Below are positions 49,133 through 58,176 of a DNA stretch of 64,000 nt, piece after piece. Each line of letters starts with the position of its first letter. Positions within the stretch are counted from its first letter, which is position 1. The notes beneath the pieces are model-generated. The model searched no databases, was not told the DNA's origin, and worked only from the letters and a program-made list of their open reading frames with translations. The position numbers and the translations under genes are program-made. The DNA comes from Blastocatellia bacterium. Its GTDB lineage: Bacteria; Acidobacteriota; Blastocatellia; UBA7656. Location: the NCBI GenBank assembly GCA_963832205.1, contig CAWHTK010000020.1:126512-190511 (forward strand). The letters are read 5' to 3'.

Positions 49133-50188
49133 TCAGCTAGATTTGATAAGCATTCTACGCGGAGCGGCCCGCATACTAGCGCAACGCATTGGCAGTGTCA
49201 AGCAAAAGCTGTTACGTAAACAACCGATAAAGCGGTCGGGGCGATAATGATTCGCCCCTGCGCTGCGGGAACGAGCTGTTTGTATGCCGTCACCGGCGGT
49301 AAAAGTGAATAGCTCCGATGCGTCGTCGCGGAAACGGAGCGTGCGCGCGGCCGATGCTTCGCCTGAGGCGAAGACTTCATCTCCCAGGTGGCGAGAGAAG
49401 TCGTACAGAGCCGCATCGGCCGCGCTCAGGCCCCCTCCGTTGTTATCGGCGTTGATCGCGCGAACAGTGCCCGACGCCGAGCTGATGGCTACGACGCGGA
49501 ACTCAACGAGGGGGACAAACCGTGATGTGGATTGATTTGTTAGCGACAGGTCGAGCTGGAATACGCCGCCCGCAAGCGACACGTTCGAACGGTCGCCTGA
49601 CAAGATTAGTCATCTCCTGCTTGACCCGCTGATCTGCGATCAGACTGACCGTGTTGCTCGGCGCGGTGACGAAGAATCCTATGCGCCCTGGCGTTAAGTA
49701 TATCGACGACCCGTGCCCGTAACAGACTTTCAGTTCATCAAGCGGGCCTGCGGCGCTACGCCGTGGACGCGCAAGTCGTCGGCCGTGTTCGGCAATCCGT
49801 CCGCGCCGGGCGAGAACCCTAAATAGCCGGCCGCGTCGGAAGCGCCCGCCGAGCCATGCCCGAAGTCATCAATGCCGGTGTCGCCCTCTACGAGCGGCAT
49901 CTGGTAGATGACCTTCTTATTCGTATTGAGCGCGGCCACGGACGGCAGCAATCCAAGCCGCGGAGGAGTCGGGTCGCCGCCGAACATCTCGTGCGACCAT
50001 TCTATCCCGGTGTCGAGGATGGCGATCTTCATGCCCTGCCCTTCGAACCCGTCGCGGTGAACTTCGTCGAACGCCGTCAGCTCGCGGCTGGCTCCGTAGA
50101 CCTGCGAAGCTAGCCGATGCGGGAGGAAGACGCGTTTGAAGAGTGGCGCGGCGCTCAACCAGCCGCGCCACCCGAACGAATGAATCAT
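49133..50188 (-). pseudogene. remnant of an S8 peptidase paralogous to 52794..56026, with a large internal deletion
   Basis: ORF 49730..50188 matches the catalytic N-terminus of the 1057-aa subtilase up to DFGHGS (KIAILDTGIEWSHEMFGGDPTPP..LNTNKKVIY..), then loses frame. ORF 49133..49603 matches only its extreme C-terminal domain (..SSASGTVRAINADNNGGGLSAADAALYDFS...LRFRDDASELFTFTA..). About 700 aa between them are missing. Confidence 0.6.
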
Positions 50189-52654
50189 TCGCCGAAAAGA
50201 ATGTTGATGAGCTTCGTCATCGGGTTGATGAAATCGGCGCGCGTGACGGGCCTTACGGGCTCGAAGCGCGGGCCGGGCACGGCCTGGAACTGGCCCGGAG
50301 CGATCTCTCGTATTTCGGCCGGAAAAGCCTGAAGGACGCCCCGGTCAATCGCCAGCTGAACGTAGCCGCGAAGGTTTAACGGTATCAGGTTGTTGTCAAT
50401 CAGCGGGGTGCCGCCCGCGGTCACGGTTCTGCCCGCCATCGCGCGCGCCTGCGCGTCGAGCCTGAGCGCTCGCACCATCGCGACCGCAAGCTCAAGCCTG
50501 TTGACAACATTGCTTGCCCCAAACGTCCTGCCCTCCTGGCCAAGTATGCCTTCGCGCTTGAGCGATTCGGCGACAAGCGCGAAAGGGTGGCTCGGCATGA
50601 TGTCGTCGAAGCTGGGCTGCGCGGGCAGGTACTGCATTACGCGCGCGCCGAACATGAGCGCGTAAGCAAGGTCATAGCGATTAATCTCGTCCGACGGGTG
50701 GAACTGATCGCTTGTCGTAATGATCACGCGATCATAAACAAGCCTCAACGCTTTGGCGCGCGTCGCTTCATCAAAGCCCGATAAATCCGAGATCGCGTCC
50801 GGCGAGTACGTGTAGTGCGTGACCTTCAACCGGTATGGCTGATCGGCCGGTTGCCCCACCCCGGCAAGCCCGGAGCTTACGCGCGCGGTGTATGAGCCCG
50901 CCCTGGGGAACTCGATCTTCACCGCCTCGCGTGCGCCGAACAGCGCCGCGAGGTTGATCGCGTCGGAGCGCGCCACCTGCGAGCCGCCGCTCAGTATCGT
51001 CAGCGCGAGGTCGTTCATCACCACGTTCGTGTTGTCTATCACGACTTCGTCTTCGCCCGCCGCGCCGTCCCAATCGAGCTGCACGAAAGTAAATCGGGTG
51101 TTGGGCGGAACGCTGAACGTATGATCGCTTGAGGCGCGCGCCGCGACCGTGCCGCCGAACTCCCCGCCGTCCTGCCCGTCAACCGCGAGCCCTTTGCCGG
51201 TATACTCGAACACGCCGTATCGCTTCTGCGGGTTGAGCGCGAGGTCTACGGCCGCGTGAGCATTGGCCAGCCCCGCGCCGACTTCAAATAGATCGTAGGC
51301 GCCGAGCGGCGTCGCCGTCCGCTCCAGGATGCTCTTGATCTCTTCGACCGAGAGGTTCGGGTTTGCTTCGAGCATCAAAGCGATGATGCCCGACAGGTGC
51401 GGGCACGCCATCGAGGTGCCGCTTATCTGGGTGTAGAAAGGAAGAAACGCGACCGGGATTTCAACGTCCGCGTCCGCGCCGTTCGACGCCGTGTTGGTGG
51501 TCGAGCGAGTGGCTATTATGGCCGAAGTGAACCCCTGATCGGTCGGGCCGCCCGTGCCCGGCGTCAACACCGTCGGGTGTATGACCGCGTCGCCAAATAT
51601 GCCGCGCGACGAAAAGCTCGCGAGCCGCCCGTCTTTTGTCGAGGCGCCGGCCGTTATCACCCACGGCACGGACGCCCACCGGTTCTGAGAATTGGGCCTC
51701 GGCCCGTCATTGCCGTTTGCGAAGACGACCGCTATGTTCCCCTGTTCGACGAGCTGGCGGCTGGCGACGTTGACGGGATGCTCCGGGTCAATCGCGACGG
51801 CGGAATTGCCCCACGAGCAACTGATGACGCGCACGTTGTACTCGAACTGATGCGTAAGAGCATAATCGAAGGCCGCTATCTGCCCGAGCACGAATAGCAC
51901 CGCGCCCGACCCGAGCCCCAGCAGTTTTGCGCCCGGCGCGACTCCTTGATAAAGGCCGCCGCTCGACTGGCCCGTGCCGGCGGCTATGCCGGCGCAGTGC
52001 GTGCCGTGCCCCACGCTCGTATCCGAGTTGATTGCGTTCTCGACGTATGTCGGCGGCAGTATTCCCTCGACGACATTCCCCAGCGTGTCCGTGCGGACCA
52101 TGAGCCCGTCGTCGCCGCTCGGATTTACTATGACGTTTTGTATGGTCTTGGCATTCGGGTCGAGCGGGTTGAACCTCAAGTCCGGGTGCGTGCCGTCGAT
52201 GCCCGTGTCGTTGATGGCGATTGTCACCCCGCGCCCCGAAACCGGAAGCCCGCGGTTGCGCGCGGTAATCGCCGCGTCCGAGCGCAGACGCGATATACCT
52301 ATGAGCGGCTTCGACTGGTGCATATTCAACCGGAGCCGCGAATTCAGGTATATGGACCTCAGCTCCCCCCAGCCCATCATCTGTTGAATCTGCGCGCGGG
52401 TCGCATTGACGGCCATGATCGGAAAATTATTCATCCGCACGCCGAGGCTTATCCCGAGCGCGCGCACGCGATTGACTTCCACGTCGGTGACGCGCGAGCC
52501 ATGAAATGTCAGTATGACGCCAAACTTTGTCGTCTGTGCGACTTGCGGAAGTTGCAGGGCCAAGCTCGGGGTCTAGTCTCGGGGCCGCCTCCGTCTGGGC
52601 AACCGGCAGAGCGAGAGAGAATGCGATCAGAAGGAGAAAACGCGCGTACTTCAT
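50185..52654 (-). CDS. secreted S8 serine peptidase of about 820 aa with a C-terminal extension (signal peptide in a different frame)
   Basis: AINDTGIDGTHPDL, VGHGTHCAGIAAGTGQS, GTSMACPHLSGIIALM. The signal peptide MKYARFLLLIAFSLALPVAQTEA is in ORF 52427..52654. The frame switches near 52570-52590 (LALPVAQT versus LALQLPQVAQTT). Confidence 0.8.
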
Positions 52655-52793
52655 AAATCCTCCATCAAGGACTTTATGACGCCTACGACATCAAGATAGC
52701 TAAAGGCTCTTGACCGATTCTTGAACTTAACTTGAACGGCCAAATTGCCGGTAAAAACGAAGGGCGGGAATCACTCCCGCCCTGGATGACGCT

Positions 52794-55700
52794 TTATTCG
52801 ATCCCGGCAAGAGTGACAGAGCCGCTCGAAGGGTCGGCTATAAAGTTGAGCTTGACCCTGAATTTTTTGGGCTTTCTCTCCCCGACCGATGAGGCCGAGA
52901 AATCGGGGTCCGGGAAGTGGCCTCGCACGACGGCCGTGAACTGGAACAGCTCGTTTGAAGGGTCGGCAAACCTCAAATGCTTCGCCCCGCTCACTTCGCC
53001 CGCCGTCAGCGCGCGGTCCGCGCCCAGGGCGTCGGAATAGTCGAACGCGGCGGGCGCTTCGACGCCGTTCCCGTTGTTGTCCGCGTTCGTCACGCGCACG
53101 GTGCCGCTCGAAGATTGAATCGACGTGATGTTGAAACGAAGCGGCGGCAGGATCGTCTTATCAGCCGAGTTGTTCTTGAGCGTCTGGTCGAATTCGAAAG
53201 TGCCGTTTGCGAGCGAGACGTTCGAGATGGCCGTCTGAATCAAGGAAGTGATATCGGCTTCCAGGCGGCGATTAACCAGCACGGTCTGCGCCGCGCTGTA
53301 CGGTCCTTTCATCAACCCATACTCAACGGCGTACAACCCGGCAACTTGATAGTTGTACGTGCCGTTGCCTCGCGAAGTGATGTTCAGCGTGGTTTCGCCG
53401 GCATCTTTGTCGGCGAGGACCGCGAACGCGCCGCCGTCTTTCTGTTCCTCTATTCGGAACTTGACGGGCGCTGTCTCCCCGGTCGGCGCATACGAGAGCG
53501 AGTAGCTTCCATTTATGTCAATCGCGGGCGCGCCGCTCACTTCGGTTCCATTTGCGGGGTCGAGCGCGGGAGCAGCCGCGGCGAGCGTCGGGCTCACGGC
53601 GCGATAATAAAACGGCATTCGCAATCGCTGGCCCGCGCGAGTCGCCGTCACATACCACTGTATCTGGGCCGCGTTTGCGAGCGACTGCCCGTTGGCAACG
53701 GTCTTGACAAAGAAGCTTGCGCTGCCGCCCGCCGGCACATTGATGGATGAGATTGCATTCCCGTTCTCGTCGGCGAAGCTCACGCGGAATCCGTTCTGAT
53801 CCACTCCCCGCACGTTCGCCGCGGCGAGGCTGTAAGCGCCCGCGCCGTTCCCGTTCGTCACGTCGTGAATCCAGACCTGCTGCGAGATGGTGGCGGTCCC
53901 GATGACTTCCGAAATCGGCACCGCGCCAAAGCTGTAGCTCGGAACGAAATCAGGATTTCCGGCCGAAGGCTGAGTGAATATGCCAAAGGAGCGTTCGAGC
54001 GGGTCGCCGGTCGGGCCCGGCTGGCCTACTCCCATCAATGCCTTTGCATTCGCCGCGGCCATTGCGTTGACGAGCCCGCCGCCCTGTTCGTTAATCGTAT
54101 TCGCGCCGTCGGCCAGCGGCGTTCCGTTGGCGTGCCGCAGGTTCGTCGCGGTATTGACAAGCGCCGCGCGGACCATCGAAGGGGTCCAGTCGGGATGCTT
54201 ATGCTTGATGAGCGCCGCGATGCCCGCCGTCGCCGGGCTGCTCATGCTCGTGCCCGAAGCCGAGATGTAACGCGTCGGGTCGAACATAAAGGCGGTGTTG
54301 GCCCCTACGCCGCCGACGGCCACGGTGGCTGAGAGTACGGAGACGCCGGGCGCGGTAACGTCGGGCTTTATCTGACCGAATCCGGCCACCGGACCTCGCG
54401 AGCTGAAGTCGGCCATCGCGGGGTCGAACAACTGCGCCTTGTTTATCCTGATCTGTTGCGCCGACACCGCGCCGGCTGTCGCCGAACCGATTATCGACTT
54501 CAGGTATTCGCCGTTCTCTTTGTTCATTCCGAAGGCGGGAATTATGGATCGGCGCACGGTGAGGTTGGTGATTTCGCCGTCAACGTTGTTATAGATGATT
54601 GCGGCGACCGCGCCTTTCGCCGCGGCGAAGGCGACCTTGTTCGAGGCAAGGCCGGTGCCTACATTGGCCGGGGGGCCGACCGTCAAGGTGCTGCCGCGCT
54701 CAATCAAAGCTATCTTGCCCGATACGGAATCGGGCACTTGATCGGGCGTTTCCGCGAGGCCGCAGAATACGTAATTGTTCGTCAGGTCGGCGGTCAGCGC
54801 CGGCGAGCCGTCGAGTATGTAAGCTCTCATCGCGGCGCGGCCGCCGCCGATTACGTCAACGCTGTTCGGGCCCGATCCGGGATCGACGTTCGCGCCGACG
54901 GTGATTGCTCGCCGCGACGATGCGGGCTGTCCTACGGTCGCTTCTCCGGGGCCGGTGTTGCCTGCCGAAGCCACGACTACCGCGCCGGCTAGCGCGGCAT
55001 TGTCGCAGGCGACCGAGTTCGGCGAATTGGCATCGCCCGCGCCGCCAAGGCTCAGATTTATGACGTGCGCGACGGGTTTGGGCTGGCCGGTGATGGTGCG
55101 CGGCTGGACCGCGTCTTCAATCGCGGCGATGATTGACGCGGCAACGCCTGAACCGACCGCGGTCAGAACCTTGTAAGCCATTATCTTCGCCTGCGGCGCT
55201 ACGCCGTGAACCGCTATGTCGTCGGCAGTCATCGGCAGCGCGTCGGGACCCGGCGCGAATGCTTTATAACCCGCCGCGATTCCCGCTACGTGCGAGCCGT
55301 GACCGAAATCATCCGGCGCAGCAGCCGGGGTAAAGTTCATGTAGTAGATAACTTTCTTGTTTGTGTTCAACGCGGCTATGGGCGGGGCCACGCCGAATTG
55401 CGGAGGAGTCGGGTCGCCGCCGAACATCGGGTGAGACCAGTTGACGCCCGTGTCTATGACGGCTATGTTTACGCCTTCGCCTTCGTTGCCGCCCGTATTG
55501 AGCATGTCGAACTGCGTCAGCCGCGGCGGCCTGCCGTAGAGCTGCGGCGCGCGGGTGTATTCGACCGCGCGATTCAGATTGATATGGACCGGCTCGTTCG
55601 GGTGAACGCCTGTCACATCTTCAAGCGCCGCGATAATTGGGATTGCGCCTTCGAGCACTTCGAGCACTATGCCGTTATAAACATAATTAAAACGGTATTC

Positions 55701-56026
55701 GATCAGGGCGTTAACCGGGCCGTTGGGGGCCCTGACGCTTGAGATGGTGTAGGACACGCCGGCGGCCGTCAGGCGGTTGAGAAACTGCTGTTGCCCGGCG
55801 ATGACCTGCTGGCGGTAAGTGTTTTCGTTGAATGCCTGCCCCGCGGCCTGCGCTCTGGCCTTCGCGACAACTACCGGGTCTCCGCGAAGCTCTACTATCA
55901 CCGAGGTGAGCGCCCTTGTGCGCTCGCGCTCGGAGTGAGCAAGGTGTGTGATGCTAAGACGAGGCATATCGCCGAAGCGATGACGAGCGCTAAGACCGCG
56001 GAGTGGGATTTCAGGGATTTATACAT
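52794..56026 (-). CDS. secreted S8 serine peptidase of about 1075 aa with a long C-terminal beta-rich region (signal peptide in a different frame)
   Basis: VNIAVIDTGVNWSHPMF, FGHGSHVAGIAAG, GTSMSSPATAGIAALIKH. Signal peptide MYKSLKSHSAVLALVIASAICLVLA from the ATG at 56026 (aggaga RBS). The frame switches near 55965. Confidence 0.8.
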
Positions 56027-56247
56027 GGCAAGAATCTCCTCTTGTTCGATGAAGAACAGACCCGTATCAACCTGCCGCGCTAAAGCCCGTTGCGGCAGCG
56101 TCATAGCTTGAAAATGAGCGGCATGTGCTTGAAACCAGCCACCAAAGCCCGTTGCGGGCTTACAGGCGGAAGGATAAGGGCGGGACGTTGAGTGATTCTT
56201 GAACTAAACTTGAATTAAAAACTAGACTTGAATTAAAACCTTGACCA

Positions 56248-56300
56248 TCGGCCTTGTAAAAAAAAGAGGGGTAAGAGCCTCTACGGGACTCTTACCCCTC
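56248..56300 (-). terminator. rho-independent terminator of the cupredoxin gene
   Basis: Stem gaggggtaagag...ctcttacccctc followed on the minus strand by TTTTTTTT. Confidence 0.5.
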
Positions 56301-56322
56301 GCGTAGCAAATCCGCAATTGAT

Positions 56323-56673
56323 TCACTTCCTCTTTGTGACGACTATTGTGCCGGCCATGTCCTTGCCGCCCGCCTCGCCGTGAAAGCCGCAGTGATAGGC
56401 ATATGTGCCGGGCTTGTCGAACGTGAACTCGAAGGTCTGACCCGCGGTGAGCACCGGGGACTTGAACTCGCCTTTGTCACCCTCTATCGTGTGACGGCCC
56501 TGACCGTTCTGCCACACGACGGTCGTGCCGGCCGCAATCGTCACCCGCGCGGGCTCGAACTTAAAGTTCGCGAGCTTTATTGTTACCTTGTTGTTTGCCG
56601 CGCTTTCGGCCGTCGCCAGCGCGCTTATTAGAAACAGCAATGATATGAAGACCGCGGTCATACTTTTTTTCAT
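56323..56673 (-). CDS. secreted cupredoxin (type-1 blue copper protein-like)
   Basis: Signal peptide. Candidate Cu ligands at GRHTIEG...YAYHCGFHGEAGGKDMAG (His, Cys, His, Met spacing), like plastocyanin/pseudoazurin. Confidence 0.65.
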   Translation of the reverse strand: MKKSMTAVFISLLFLISALATAESAANNKVTIKLANFKFEPARVTIAAGTTVVWQNGQGRHTIEGDKGEFKSPVLTAGQTFEFTFDKPGTYAYHCGFHGEAGGKDMAGTIVVTKRK

Positions 56674-56694
56674 AGTGCATCTCCTTTAAGTTTT

Positions 56695-57474
56695 TCATTT
56701 TGCGCGCGGGATAACGGTTATCACGCCGGCCATGTCCTTGCCGCCCGTCTCGCCGTGAAGCCCGCAGAAGTATGGATATGTTCCCGACTTGTCGAACAGC
56801 TTTTCAAATCTCCCCCCGGCCATAAGCATCTCGGATTTAAACGAGCCGTCGTCGGCCTCTACCGTGTGACGGCCCGCGCGGTCCGTCCACTCGACAATCG
56901 TCCCCTCGGTTATCGTCAGCTCTTTCGGCTCGAACTTGAAATTCTCGATTGTAATTGTGGCGCGCTCCGCGACAGGCTCGGCGCTTTGGGGCGTTGCGAT
57001 TGCCTGCCCGCTTGAATCCGCGCCGGCCGGGGCGATGTACCAGGCGTAATAAGTGCCGACGCCTATGAACAAGACTAACCACCACAGCGCAAGCTCCGTT
57101 CGCATCCACGGCTTGTAACGCTTGAAGCGGAGACTTTGTGGCAGCAGGTTTGTCGCCGCGACCAGCACGATGTATAGCCCTAGCAGCTCGGCTATCGCGC
57201 CGAGTCCGGCGTGAAGAGTGGCGACGAGAAAGTAAGAGTCCTTGAGGCCGTCGGGCAGTTGAGGTTTAACCTGGCGGTCGAATGCCGGATACATGATCAA
57301 CGCGATCATCACCAGGTTGAGCAGCATGACCGAAGACTGGCAGTACTTGTGCGCCCGGAACTTCTTGCGACGCGCGAGAGCCATCCCCGCGAGCAGCATC
57401 AGCCCCATCACTATCTGCACAATGAGATTTATATCGGCGCCGAGGGTCGCCCCCGCGCCTAGAAGGCCGCTCAT
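56695..57474 (-). CDS. polytopic membrane protein with C-terminal cupredoxin domain (paralog of 56323..56673)
   Basis: Four or five N-terminal transmembrane helices, then TIENFKFEPKELTITEGTIVEWTDRAGRHTVEADDGSF...YPYFCGLHGETGGKDMAG. ATG at 57474; an alternative GTG lies at 57489. Confidence 0.6.
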   Translation of the reverse strand: MSGLLGAGATLGADINLIVQIVMGLMLLAGMALARRKKFRAHKYCQSSVMLLNLVMIALIMYPAFDRQVKPQLPDGLKDSYFLVATLHAGLGAIAELLGLYIVLVAATNLLPQSLRFKRYKPWMRTELALWWLVLFIGVGTYYAWYIAPAGADSSGQAIATPQSAEPVAERATITIENFKFEPKELTITEGTIVEWTDRAGRHTVEADDGSFKSEMLMAGGRFEKLFDKSGTYPYFCGLHGETGGKDMAGVITVIPRAK

Positions 57475-57495
57475 GCGAGTGTCTCCCACGTGAAA

Positions 57496-57564
57496 ACAGG
57501 GGTCAGGGCCGGAAGATTTGAAATTTGAGATCTCAAATTTGAAATACTACGGCCCCTGACCCCT
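57496..57564. repeat. hairpin-forming MITE-like element, tttgaaat family (R8)
   Basis: Stem aggggtcagggcc / ggcccctgacccct enclosing gaagatttgaaatttgagatctcaaatttgaaatactac. Shares a 16-mer with R3. Confidence 0.6.
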
Positions 57565-57569
57565 TCTCT

Positions 57570-58055
57570 TTACTTTTCGACGATGTCGCTCTTCATCGGC
57601 GCGAGCATGCCGAGCAGTTCGTTCTTTTCCGCCGCCGGGACGTTGAACTTATCGAGCGCCGCGACAAGGTCTTCGACCAGCGCGCCAAAGTCCGCCCCCG
57701 ACACGCCCATGCCCATGTGAGCCGTCTTCATGTCCCTGCCTTTGTATTTGCAGGGGCCGCCCGACGCTTCGCATATCTGGTCGACGAGGTTGTTTCTGAG
57801 CATCGCGAGCCGCTTCGGGTCCGAAGCCGTGTCGGCGAAGAATTTGTTTATGCGGGTGTCGCTCGCGACGTTGCTGATGAACTGGTCGACGACCGCCTCT
57901 ATGGCCTTCTTTTCGCCAAGCCGCTTGTAAAGCGAAGCGGATTTAGCGGACTTATCCTTCTTATCCTTCTTGTCAGGCGTAGAGGCGATGGCGAAATTGA
58001 TACAGCCGAGTACGAGCGACGCTGCGATTGAGATTGTGAGCAATACTTTGCGCAT
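57570..58055 (-). CDS. lipoprotein-anchored truncated hemoglobin (group I, 2/2 Hb-like)
   Basis: Lipobox LVLGC after [13 protein letters not shown]. Globin core [31 protein letters not shown]...[31 protein letters not shown] aligns with trHbN (proximal His in AHMGMG). Confidence 0.6.
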   Translation of the reverse strand: MRKVLLTISIAASLVLGCINFAIASTPDKKDKKDKSAKSASLYKRLGEKKAIEAVVDQFISNVASDTRINKFFADTASDPKRLAMLRNNLVDQICEASGGPCKYKGRDMKTAHMGMGVSGADFGALVEDLVAALDKFNVPAAEKNELLGMLAPMKSDIVEK

Positions 58056-58176
58056 TAGCTGGTTTATTCCTTTCGAGTTGATATTCGGGCGCCCGATTGA
58101 GTGCCACATCATCTCTACGCGGCGGGGAAAGCGATCGGATTTTTCGTTTTGGTTTTTTTCCGGCGGGTGACGGGGG

